Positions 39,160 to 51,800 of a DNA stretch of 64,000 nt are shown here, one piece after another (the stretch's first letter is position 1; the number at the start of each line of letters is the position of its first letter). The stretch lies in contig OZ316898.1 of assembly GCA_973895155.1 (NCBI GenBank), positions 870,751-934,750 of the forward strand, given 5' to 3'. Below the pieces are notes generated by a model. It was not told the DNA's origin, made no database searches, and saw only the letters and a list, made by a program, of their open reading frames with translations. This stretch comes from Marsupella aquatica (lineage: Eukaryota > Plantae > Marchantiophyta). The position numbers were made by a program, and so were the translations under genes.

Positions 39160-39540
39160 AATATGTCAAGGTGAGAAAAGATATTGAGGTGAAGAAAAGA
39201 TTTTGGTGTGAAAAAAATTGATGATGAGAGAAAAAAATGTCGAGGTGAGAAAAAGAAGTCAAAGTGAGAAAAAGATGTTGAGGAAAGAAAAGATGACAAG
39301 GTAAGCTAGAAAAAGATGTAAAGATGAGGAAAACATGTCGAGGAGAGAAAAGATGTCGAGGGTGAGGGAAATATGTTATGGTGAGGTTAGTAAAGAACAG
39401 AAAAAATGCCCATGCATTGCATAGAAGATGTGGAGGTGAAAAAAAATGTTGAAAAGAGAACAAATGTCGAGGTGAGAAGAAGATGTTGAGTGAGGAAAAG
39501 ATATTGAAAGGAGGCAAAAGGTCAAGGTGAAGCAAAGTTG
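39160..39540 (+). repeat. Degenerate ~20-bp purine-rich tandem array
   Basis: Recurring (GTC/TTG)GAGGTGAGAAAAAGAT-like units. Confidence 0.65.
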
Positions 39541-40018
39541 TCAAAGAAACTCATTCCCTATGCCCTGCAAAAAGGATGTTGTTACATAAAACACATCATT
39601 GTTTGATTGTGTTTGTAGTTGTTGCAAAATATTGTCATTTTGGTCACTATTGTGAACATGTTATTGTCGAGGAGGATGAAGTTGAGAACATGGATATACA
39701 AGATGGGTGACATTGGCCATTACACACTAAGTCGTAGCATGATCACCCAAAAAAACGATGCAATTTTTATTAAAATTAAAATTATGAATAACTTAAATAC
39801 ATAAATATATACATATATACATACTTATTTTTCAAAAATGGGGGCAAGAAAATACAAAATTTCCCCTTCTCTGTTTTTCCCTACCTTTTTCATTCTCCTC
39901 TTCCTCAATTTTTGTTCCTTTTTACCTTTATCTGGGCCCTCCCCCTTTTTTTCCTCCTGGCCAATTTCTCGCTACCTTCTCCTTCATCTTTGGATAGGGC
40001 TTTATCTTTATGTCTTTA

Positions 40019-40354
40019 TCTAACACTATAATAGGCAATCCCGCCCATTTGGCCACTTTCGTCCGTCGTCCCGTTATGAATTTGAATATCAACGGGAATG
40101 AAACTGAACCGTCAGATTAAAGCATCTTTTTTTTTGTATCCGTCCAATCGTTTAACGAGACAGGCCGAGGTAATTGCTCCCTTCCGTGCATAGGGCTTCG
40201 GGCCCTGCCTCGCCAAGCCTCCCTTCCGTACATAGGGCTTCGTGCCCTCCTGGCTGCCTGCCTCGCTCGCCTCCCTTCCCATTTTTACATTCCATGCGCT
40301 CTCCCTATGGGACCGGCCCTCCTTGCACAATGCAACGCACTGGCATTAGGCTTG
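40019..40354 (+). mobile_element. Short non-autonomous Helitron
   Basis: A|TCTAACACTATAATAG 5' end with TTCGTCCGTCGTCCC. The 3' end is TGCAACGCACTGGCATTAGGCTTG|T (degenerate CTAG). It is inserted between A and T. Confidence 0.7.
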
Positions 40355-40497
40355 TGGGAGTATAATAAGTGCACCTTTGTAGTTCACATGAGAGAGTAAA
40401 AAGGACAATCTAGTACAATTCATACTTGTACTCTCAAGTACAATTGTTCTTGTTCGTACTTAGGCATGTTGCATGTGCATTGCAATGTCATTATGCA

Positions 40498-40575
40498 TTT
40501 GTATTTGCGTTTGTATTTGCGAGCACAATGGCCAATGGAGATATGCGTTTGTATTTGCGTTTGTATTTGCGTTTG
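40498..40575. repeat. 12-bp minisatellite TTTGTATTTGCG (2 + 4 copies)
   Basis: Direct reading of the sequence. Confidence 0.9.
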
Positions 40576-40756
40576 TATTTGCGTTTGTATTTGCGAGCAA
40601 GATATGTTTCTTGTATGTGGTACTTCTCAAACTAGGATTACCGGTTGTTTGAACAACGTAGATAGAGACGGGGAGAAAAAAACCTCGCATAAGACCAAGG
40701 ATTCCATGCTATTTCATCTTTGCCTCCATCCATGTTTATTGTCAGCACCTTCACTT

Positions 40757-41098
40757 TGTTAAGATTAACTCTTAGGTCTAGAGTTACGATTGTACCACAG
40801 TAGGGTTAACCTTAGTCACCGACTAGGTTAGGTTAGTCATGATGCACACACTATACCCAAGCAGTGTTTGCTTGGAGAGTGGGAACTCAGGCTCATTGTT
40901 ACGGAACCAGTTGAGAGATGAGGAGAGTTTGTGCTCTGGATGCTTGGTATGGCCGGTCGACCTCGAGTGCAGTAAGGCTATTGTGTGTTCCCATGGATGT
41001 AGCCTCATGTGGAGGTGAACCACGTATCTATCTGTGTTGACTACTTGATCATTGGATGGTTATGGGCATGCCGTTGTGAATGTTGTCAATGCTCAACA
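40757..41098 (+). mobile_element. Solo LTR related to the copia at 11714-16519
   Basis: TGTT…TGCTCAACA termini with TSD CACTT at 40752-40756 and 41099-41103. Shared blocks with the reverse complement of the copia LTR include GCTTGGAGAG, GGCTCATTGTTA, TGTGTGTTCCC.TGGA.GTAGCCTCA and GGAGGTGAACCACGTATCT. Confidence 0.9.
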
Positions 41099-41904
41099 CA
41101 CTTTGAGTTAATATGTCCTCACTTGAGTTAACCCCTCTTGAGTTAAGCCCTCAGTCAGAGTATTTCCATTTGAGTTTTTTGTCATCACCTGTGCGCTGAG
41201 TTGAGTTAATCCCTATTGCAGTTAGAGTCAAGGTCTAGAGGCTTCACTAGTGCGTGTCAACGATTTGAAATTACAAATAATGGTTTTCAACCATAAAGGA
41301 ATGGTAATAACTTCTTCACATGCAAGGGTATGTAATTTTTGCAAGCCTCTACAGGGGCTAATGGTAATCGCATGACCAATCTTGATGGCAAAAAGTTATG
41401 GACTATGACTTTGGTAGTCTGTAACTATTACTTTTTGTGTCAATAACCCAAAGCTACGCAGTCAAGGTCTTTTAAATTCTGAGCTTTGAGACACCCTCTG
41501 TCTCATAACATATATCATTTTCTCTTCATTCTTGATCAACCGCCACCTCAAATGTAATAGCCATCACCATGTAAGCGCATAGCCCATGTGCTGTCAGTCC
41601 TGCATTCCAAATTTCTGATTTGTGCCTAAAGTTGTGGAAAAGTGTTGGACATGCGGGCTTTCCTTACGGTAGCCAAAGATTGACTCCCGTGACTTTCACA
41701 GGAGGGCAAGGTTATCTTGTTAAGGCCAAACTTTGAGATGCCCTACTCTAGACACTAGGCCCAAGGAGTAGAGACTTCACTCTAGAAACTAGGCTCAAGG
41801 AGAGTATATATAGCAAATTGCAAAAGAGCAGAAGTGCCCATAGAGGAGACACGATACTCTCATAGGCTAAAGACCCAATCAAGGGGAATGAAAAGGGGAA
41901 TGAA

Positions 41905-42134
41905 CCAAAGAGCCAGCGCAAAAGCCCAACACAAAACCTGCAAGAGAAAGAGGGCCTAAGACCCTATCGATTGACAAAGTGTAGGGCCAGGTAAAGTTTG
42001 CTAGGAGGGAGCCCAAAGAGCCATTATAACATAAAACAAACACAAAACCTGCAAGAACAAGAAAAAGAGGGCATAAGACCCTATCTTGATGGCCTAAGAC
42101 CCTATATATCCGGAAACTGTAGGGCCTGGTAAAG
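41905..42134. repeat. Imperfect tandem duplication upstream of NPC1
   Basis: CCAAAGAGCCA…AACACAAAACCTGCAAGA…AAAGAGGGC.TAAGACCCTAT…TGTAGGGCC.GGTAAAG occurs twice. Confidence 0.75.
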
Positions 42135-42857
42135 CTCCCGAGTACAGTAGCTTGCGAACGCGCTTTATTAGTTCGATAGGAAGATTCGCTACAAAATGTA
42201 GAATATACCAACGTGGGCCACGTACATAGCGTGGTGCGCTGGTGCCCCCCATTATTTTAAAACTTAACTCCCACTTCACGGCTTCGAATCCTCTCGGCGA
42301 GTCTCGGATTTTCATGTCGATCGCTTACTACTGGTGCGAATTAGATGATTTTGTTAGCGACACTCTGTTGTGCTCATCGAGTCGATTGTGATTAGAGTCG
42401 AGTCGAGTAGCGAGGGATGCAGTGGTGACTGTGCACTCCGATGACGATGGTGGAAGGGTGTCGTGAAAGCAGAACTTTCTTCGAGCTGTGAAGCCTCCGC
42501 ATTGTACTGTGCATTCTGGACCCTGCCTGCTCTGTATCGAGCTTTTGGATTGAGCTTTTGGATTGAGCTTTTGGATTACGGTGCTTTTTACGCTCTTTCT
42601 GTGTTTTTTGTTTAATTGTTGAATAGAAAATTTGTAGATCGTGGAGGATAGATTTGCGGCAGCGCGAGAGCAATTTCTAAATTACGATGGACAGAACTTG
42701 AGTGAGGAAGTAAGTGCTCGTAGATTGTTACTGTGAAAAGACTGACGAGAGGTATGGCATCTCTGTCACTCTGCTAGAATTGAAGACAGCAGCTGCTAAG
42801 GAAGCTACAAGCAAATTAGTGGTGAGATTAAGCGAAATAACGCATTGAGAGGCAGGA

Positions 42858-45800
42858 ATGGACAAGAATATGAAGACTCTGAAATTGCCAACGATTTTCC
42901 TCGCGCTCTTGTTCGTAAAGGTACTTCGATATCCAAGTCAGCCTCGCCATGCATAGTTTATCGTTAGGCAACTGCAGTAACTAAGGAGAATTTCCAATGG
43001 CGTTTTCGGGCTTAAAATGTGGCGAATGCGATTCTCGAGTACTTTACATTACACTGGAATTCTGAGCAACACCGTGCAACAATGCAACAGTATGTCAACT
43101 GAGTAACTGCACAATGCAATAATATGTCACTGACTATGGAAAATACACGTGGTATGACGGGTCGCAAAGGCGGAGACTTTGCATGGCAATTGAGGAAATC
43201 TCCATTCTACTAGGAGCTGCCATAAATTGGTTGCCGGCCTACTCTACGATAGGAAGCTGAAATTATGCACGAGGGCATCTCATGGCCGTAGATCCAAGCA
43301 CAAATTGCCCTAAATGTGGAATAGTCGTGGAAAATGATGTTTGAGACAAATTTTGCTCCAACATTAGATCTTCTGATGATTTCCACTTTCACTGAGAGAA
43401 AGGGATAGCCCCACAAATCTCAAACGAGGCCTGTGTGACTATCCTAGCTAGTAATAAAACGCGGGAATAATTACTCATCTAATTGTAAAGCTTAAGCCCG
43501 GATCATCCCTTTCCCTGGTTCTCATCTCTTCATGTACTTCTTCTCCACTCTAATTGGAACTTCATCTTCATCTTTGGGTGGCTTAGCCCTCTATAGGTGT
43601 GAAACGGTTCTGCTAACTTGAACAGGCACACTTGGAACTGGCACAATTGGAAGTTGTGAGTATGCAAGTCAACTAGGAGGGCCATAAATGACCTGAAGTT
43701 GCTTGAATATTTGTGACAAACTCGTAAGTTTTGCTCGTTTGGTAGGACTTCGTTGCAGTGTGTGCAGCTCATGATATTTTCACGCTGCAAAGTACGACGC
43801 AACTTCAGGATAGTGCAACGTAATTTCAAAACCCTCTTATGTGAATTTGGGCTTGCTTACTAACATTTCATACCCGCGTGACCTGAAGTCAGCATAGCGC
43901 GGTTTATTGAATTCTATATGGAGTTTCTTTGATCTCGCATTGGGCACAAGTAAGCTTCCGGTTCTGTGTCTGTCGTTGTACAAAAGATTCTAAGTGGAGT
44001 TCTTCAGTGGTACTCCTTTATTTACACTTACTTTCAATGATTCTTACATTTTCATTGAAAGTTTGCCGTCTAGGGTCCCCTTCTTATCCCTTGTTTGAAA
44101 TTTTCAGGGATGGGAGACATGAAGCGGGCTGGTGTTCCATGTATGAAATCTGTGGCGAACGGGAAGATGGGCAAGCACTTGATTGCCCGAATACCGTTGA
44201 AGCTGTTACGGTATATGTTTGGAATGAGCTTTCTTGCTTTGAGATACGTTTCCTCCCCATTTTGTAAGACGCATCAGAGCTATATATACTGGACACAAGT
44301 CATTCTGCTCATTGAAAGGAGGCTAACGAAATGGCTTGCATACATGTTGGTTTGTGGCAGCCCAGTGAGACTTTCTCTAAAAAGGTTCAGAGTCTTTGTC
44401 CTACCATAACAGGAAATGTGTGCTGCACTGAAGATCAGTTTGAGATTCTTCGCGAAAGTGTGCAGCAGGTTACTTTCCCAATCATCCAGAATCTATCTGC
44501 CAGTTCCATGTTATTTGTACCCTGCTCTGGACATGTGGTCGAGGGGGTTCACTTCATTTAACCTTGTATTCGTCTCTACTAAATGTTGAATTCTCTGTGT
44601 GCATCGCCAGGTGACTCGTTAGCTTGGTTTTTGCTTGTAACCTGATGTGGTTTACTGATAGTTATACCTTTGCAGGCTGTCCCATTTCTTGTCGGGTGCC
44701 CGGCTTGTCTTCGAAATTTTCTGAACCTTTACTGCGAGCTTTCCTGTTCACCTGATCAGAGCTTGTTCATTGATGTTGTTGCTGTCAAAAGGGTATGTCA
44801 TTTCTTTCCTTACGATCAATGCAGTGAACTAATGAAGAAGTCAGTGTACCAAGGATTAAATAAGTGAATGACTTCATCCAAAAATCCAAAGTTGACGGAA
44901 TGGGTCAAAGATTTATCTCATCATTCTCAAACTGATTGGTGTCTGTTCTGATCATCTCACCTTCTTATGGATTCTTTAGACGTCATTAATTGCTTGATCT
45001 GGCTGGAAAATAGACACCTTGTAGTGTCTTTCGAAGTTACTACAGCAGCCACAACACGAGTTCTTTACTATTGATAAACTCTCGAAAGATTCTAACTAGA
45101 GAATATACTCATCAATTAAACGTCAAGTGGTTCAAATTTGCATATGGTCAGTTGGAAACTTTGAGATGGGCAATGTCTATCTGGAATTGTGGAGGTCTCA
45201 TTGGATAACGGTGACTGAGGCTGTCAGGACCACGAGAAGGAATTGGTTGATGGCATTGATTTCTACGTCACAGAAGAGTTTGGCAGTACGTTATATGATT
45301 CTTGCAAGGATGTGAAATTTGCTGCAATGAATACCCGGGCAATGGACTTTATTGGAGCAGGTGCAAAAAACTATACAGGTATTTGATCGATGAGCATCAA
45401 CCCAGTTCCTTTTCATCGCTGTTGTTCCAGAATGAACGCATGATCTCGTTTAAGACGTTTAGTGGTCATTTCCCCAACTGAGAGTTTGTGGACTGTCACT
45501 TCAAATTGATATTATAAAATGTAGTTCAACTCGACTCATTCAATTCTAGATAATTTTTCTTGATGTCCTCTGTATTGCTTGCACTTTGGCTTTGCAGAGT
45601 GGTTCGCATTCATGGGCCAGAAGGCAAATATAGGTGAAATAGGTTCCCCATACCAAATAACCTATAAAACCTCTGTTTCCGAAAACTCTACGATTCAACC
45701 TCTGGATATTCCAATGACACCTTGTTGGGACGCCTCCCTCTCCTGTTCCTGCGGGGACTGTCCAGATGCTAGTATATGCTCAGATATACTTCCACCTGCC

Positions 45801-48800
45801 TCCAATGACACGGAGGGATGTTATGTGCATCTTGGATCACTGCGCGATTGGCAAATTAATGTACTATACCTTTTCCAACTGAATGGAATGTATTTATTTT
45901 CTCTCGAGAAAACTCTGGTGCATTTGGGAGTTCTGATAAACTAGGACAGGGGTTTGTTGTGATGAGCATTTGGCTTCCAGAAGAATGTAGTCTCTATTTG
46001 TGAGTAGGGCTGTAAACACAAAAGTATGCTCGCTGAATGAAGTTTCATATCTACAGGTGGGCTGTTTGGATCTAGGGATGGGGTTATTGTATGGATTTGT
46101 GTTGTTTGCGATACTCGGTGGGTGGGTTCAGTTCAAGAGGCAAGGTAGAGATACAAGTGCATTGCCAGAACTGGTTGAACCCCTTGTAGCTGAACGTACG
46201 AGTGAAGACACGGTGGTCGTAAGTGGACAAGACTCTGAAATCATCCCTGTTGAGGTACTGTCCGCTGTGTTTCACTTGTTTACTGCTTTGAAAATAACTC
46301 TGTGGGAGATGAAGATGCTATTACGTTTGTATTTTTGCTGACGCGTCTTTGTGCTCTCATTTGATACTAGTTATGCTACAGCTTGTGCGTTCTGTGATTT
46401 AAGTCCAACGTTGTAGGAACATCTTTCGTTATTGGTACTGAAAGTGGTCTTAGTTTGATTAATGATGGCATAGCTCCGACGTTACTCACAACAGGATTCC
46501 TTGTAGGTACAAGGAAATGGACAAACTAGAAAGGTGGCTTCCCGTTCTCCTTTAATAGAGACGTACCTTGCGGAGTGGTATAGGTACTGTCTCACATTTA
46601 ATCAGCCCTACATACCTGACAGATTCGGTCAAGATACTTGATCAAGTGCAATGTCTTATGAACGTAAAGTTTGATTTTTTGGGGAGAGCATCCTAGAAGA
46701 CATTGGGGAGAGCATCCTAGAGGACATCAATGTGGTGTCATTTAGTTCCCTTTTTTGTGGATGGCTGTTAAGGTTCATCCTGATTGTTTAGAGATCTGGG
46801 CACATTGTGAGTCTAGCTATATTTGACCTGTGCAAAGACAGCGACAGCACAGTTGGTCTTCTTCGGAAATCACGACGCCTTGGTTTGCGAACTATCCATT
46901 GGAGTGCTAAGACTTTGCAATAAGTCTGTGCCAAGATAATAAGTAGCCTGCAGAACTAGCATAGCCGCAGAAGTTTCATTTTTCTTAAATGTCAGTCCAA
47001 TCTCCACCAGAGTTATCACGGAAAGTAAGTCTTAGCAGACAAGGAGATGATCATCTTTTCTGTACTTCCAGGACGGGTATCTTGAAATATTTCACTCTAG
47101 TCGTATACAATTGACTACATATACAACTCCCATAGTAGGCTTTGGAAGACCAGCTTTGCATTCTGTCTTACGTTGTGCCATCATGTTGATTTATATGCAG
47201 AATGCAAGGAGTTTTCATTGCTCGTAATCCAGGAAAAGTGCTCTTTTTGTCCGTTCTCCTCCCCTTAATACTCTCTTTGGGGCTGTGGCACTTGGAAGTG
47301 GAGACAAGTCCTGACAAGGTGGGTTTAATGCTGCTGGTTTTGTAAATCTGTCACTTCGCACAATACATTAAAACATAAAATTGATATGGACAGCAAACAA
47401 CTGAATGTACTACGAACGTTGACAGATTTGAAGAACATCAAACCTGAAGAGTTGAAGATTGAACACTATGGATAGGGAATTTAATGCTTTCCTTGCATTC
47501 AGTAATGAATGCGGTGATCCATGTATTCTGGCTTCTGGTCCAAATTCTCTTGCTTTGCTTTCAAAGTCGTGCTCTTCAGGTATTGTTGCTCATAGGTCTA
47601 CGTCAGGTAATGGCCCTGTCGAAGTAAAATTTACTCAGCTTGCGCGTTTTGTATGACAATTGCCAGCTATGGGTGGCTCCTGGAAGCAAGGCAGCTGAAG
47701 AGAAAGCCTTTTTTGATACTCACTTGGCTCCCTTTTATCGAATTGAGCAGGTATGAAGTGTTGGAAGAGTTTTGTTTCCTCTCTTGTCAAATTGTTCGGT
47801 GCATCGATCCCAATGGTTGGTTAATGCTAATCTAAACCGCCACTTGTGAATGACAAGTCTGTGACTTATGTGTTGCTGTTTTATACCAGCTTATTCTGGG
47901 AACAATTCCCAAAGATGGAGAAAGTTCTGCACCCTACATTGTGACAGATAGAAATCTTCTTGTTCTATTTGAAATCCAAAAAAAGGTACGTGTCATAAGT
48001 ATGCCGACCAAAAGTTATGTGGTTGCAAGTTCTACTCATTGCGTTGAATAGATTTGAAATCATAAGAAGTAGGATCTATCTCACTTATTTTTAACAGTAC
48101 AGTGTAAGAGTTTGAGAGCCCAGATCTGGACAAGTCCTTTGCCTGTTTGATTTGTACAGGTTGACGATCTTCGTGGAGATGCATCGGGTACAGGAGTCTC
48201 TCTTCAGGATATTTGTACAAAGCCCCTGGGAACTCCTTGTGCTACCCAGAGTATCTTGCAGGTCCTAACGTCTCTGTTATTCAATTTCGTCTAGCTACCT
48301 TACTAAACCTTATCATTCATCGGCTTTCTAGTACTTAATGGTTGGGTTCAATATCATTCTCTGGGCTTCTGGCCTTAGTAAACTGTAAATCAGGTCCATC
48401 AGCCTTATACAGCCGGTAGGACAATCATGAAGGTGATTTTATTCCAATTTAATGATCCTTCTTCTACTGATTCGTTATGTGCAGTATTTCCAGATGGATG
48501 AGGAGAAATTTTTCGATTACCAGGGCTCTCAACATGCTGAGTTTTGTTTTGAGGTCAATCATTTCATCACCTTGTAACGACCTCCATTCGAGTACTTGTA
48601 TTTGTGATAAAAGACAGAAGGTTGAAATTATGAGCATATCTTGTATTTCCTTTGGTACTGTAACCTTGCAACGGACGCAACCAGTCTTATGCAACTGCGG
48701 GGGAGGAACATCAATCTTCTGAATTCTGAGTTGGCTGTGGGGTGTATGGCAGCATCATTCATCTTCGGCACAATGCTTAAGTGCATTTGAAGGTCCAGTG

Positions 48801-51800
48801 GATCCCACCACTATTCTGGGTGGTTTTTCTGGCTCCAATTTTACAGAGGTTAAAGATTTTTTGAGATTTTCGTCTTGCAATACTAGTAAATATAGATCGA
48901 TGATTTGGCGCCATAAAAAAAATCTACTTTTCAAGCACAATATCTTCTTCATGTTAGAACAGATGTTTTTGAAAATCCTAAAGGGGAGAAAACCAGTTGA
49001 TTTTGGTACATTGATTCTAATGTGCTGAATACTCTTGTAAATTACGGATTGAACTCAGTTGCCTGTCTGACACGCATTGAATGCGTTGTGGCTTTCTTCT
49101 TGGAGGAACTTAGTACCAGTCTTAATTTTTATAGGCGTGGACGACAGAAATGTACGCTTACGGCTTGAGAGGTTGCAGAGAAGTCTTGGGACTGAGGGGA
49201 GTCAGTAGTATGATGAATTGTCGTTTGGCCTGGTGGGGATACCTTGGCGGTCTGGGGTATTCTTATACAAACTGCGATCGATTATACAGCGAGCATGCCC
49301 TAATATTTGTAAGAAATGTGTCGTTCATTGTAATACTGACCAAAAGCCTCAATATGGGTTGGATGTAGGCCACGGCATTTGTAATAACATATCCTGTAGA
49401 AAACAAAATTGGGGACGAAGCCGCCAATGAGAAGGCAGTTGCATGGGAAGAGGCTTTCATTCAGCTTGTCAAGGTATATTCTTAAATTGCGTATAATAAA
49501 CTTTTCTAACGGCTAGTCCTTGCGTTGAAATTTTAGTATTTTCACGTACTGTGGATTGAACGTGGAGTTCATGTTTTACCTCTTGAAATATTTGCTTCAT
49601 TAACTATCAGGATATCGCTAAAGATGGTTCTTATCCACCCAACTCGAGTTTGGATGCAGAACAAAGCAAGGATGTTCTAAAATTTTGATGTCATTGGAAG
49701 AGGCTGCTGGGAATGTTTTTCATGCACTAGACACTAATTTGGTCATCTTATCGTTGACATAAGGAAGTTAAATGCTATTTGAGCAAAAGAAGAGATTCAC
49801 TGTCCCAGCAGTCCCATGTGGACGATAAGGTTTGCGTGAATTGCACTGTGCTGATGAAGCATTGTTGGATTGGAACAGGGAGAGCTAATAGCTCTTGCTC
49901 AAGCAGAGGGCTTGACACTGGCATACTCGTCAGAAAGTTCCATAGAGGCTGAACTTTCAAGGGAGAGCACTGCGGATATTCTCACCATAGTTGTAAGCTC
50001 CAGAATGTGATTGCCTTAGCCAGAAGTCTGCCTATACTGCTTGATACTAGTCCGCGGCTTCTTGCGAGAGGCCATGCAGTTATGGTATAATGCACATGTC
50101 ACATCATACGGTTCCATGTTGCTGTTGCTTTCGTTTGTAGTGGCCCTGTGTTCAGGTGGCTAATATGGATTCTTGTTTGTACAGGCGAGCTACGTGGTCA
50201 TGTTTCTGTACATTTCATTCATACTCGGAGATTATTCACCGTCCGTGGCCTCTATATTCGTGACATCAAAAGTGAGCAGCTTTTTGTGCTACGTACTCTT
50301 TCATTTCTAGTTGTTACCAGATTTAAGGTACAAGCCAATCTACTGTGCTTGAAACCACCCAGATAAGTTGGGGTCAGTCTTATGGTGTTAGTGGTCGCGG
50401 ATGCCCTACCACAGATCTATGATTTGCTATAATCTGGGCACTTGTTCTTCAGGTACTGCTGGGATTGGCGGGGGTTCTGCTTGTGGCCGTTTCTGTTCTT
50501 GGGTCAGTTGGTGTATTCAGCTATTTTGGTGTCAAGTCTACCTTAATTATTGCGGAGGTCATCCCTTTCCTTGTCCTGGCGGTAAGTGATCAATCTTTCC
50601 TGTACGCAACTTCCAGTTCATTATCAAATCAATGTTGGAGGCATACACGAGATGTTAGGATTCCAATTCTTTGAAAGCAATATGACTAGGGTGAAGTACT
50701 AAGTATGAGTAAGTAGAACCTTTGTTCCGGAAACCTCTGCGTGGATATTTGCAATTTCTCTGGGAATCTCAGTCACAGTGATTATACGAATGATTATCCA
50801 GGTGATCACTTGAGCAACTATAGAACCAGACAGAAAAGTAAATGACTTCCACATAAATTGACCGCTTTTGTTCTCTACTGCTAACACCATGGCTATAGTG
50901 TATGAGAAACCCAGTCATGCGACTGATCTTTGAACTGATCCGGTGCAGGTGGGTGTTGACAATATGTGCATCTTAGTGCATGCTGTGAAACGCCAGGATC
51001 CAGCCCTCTCACAGGAGGAAAGAGTTGGGACTGCCTTGAGTGAAGTTGGTCCATCGATTACTGTGGCTAGCCTCTCCGAGGTGTTAGCATTTGCTGTCGG
51101 GATTGTCACTCCAATGCCTGCATGCAGAGTTTTCTCAATGTTTGCAGGTAACTTGGTTGTTCTGTTGCTACTAAGTTATGCTTTGTTCCTCCAATCCTGT
51201 CAAGGTTCAACCAAATAGACAGTGGTGGCAGATTTCTGTCTGGTTGTGGTCATTTGAATGTGGAATTGTGTCATATTAAAGTGTCTTAGACGACTAACCA
51301 TGATTGTTTTCTAGATGGTGAGTTCGTTCAAACTTGTTCCAAATGTAATGAGGATGGAGTCTTTAATTTCAAGGGACGTTTATCGTCTCTTTTCATTCAT
51401 GAGGAATTACACAATGAAAGACTGACTGCTTTGTATACTTCATACAGCCGTAGCAGTGCTCCTCGACTTCATATTACAAGTGACGGCGTTCGTTGCTCTT
51501 GTAGCATATGACTTAAAGAGAACTGAGAATCATAGAGTGGACTGTTTTCCTTGTGTTGAAGTTGAAGACGTATTCTTTATATCTTCTTTGCCTGAAGACG
51601 GTAGATCCTCTCTCTCACTTCGTCTATTCAAACCGGCAGTCTGTTGTGATATTGCGTGATAACAAATTTTCGTTTAAGAGACAGTGATTTGTTGATGTAT
51701 TCTAGCCCAAGGTATGTGACGTGATAAGGGTCAATCTGAGAGCTGCTTTGTAAAGTTGATTGCTTGCACATGCTTTCTCTAGCAAATGAAGTGAGATTCG

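Noticed and set aside
39137-40762. Low-complexity ORFs (FFSP-rich, CVCI, LYLR, NTNA)
   Set aside because: Translations of minisatellites.
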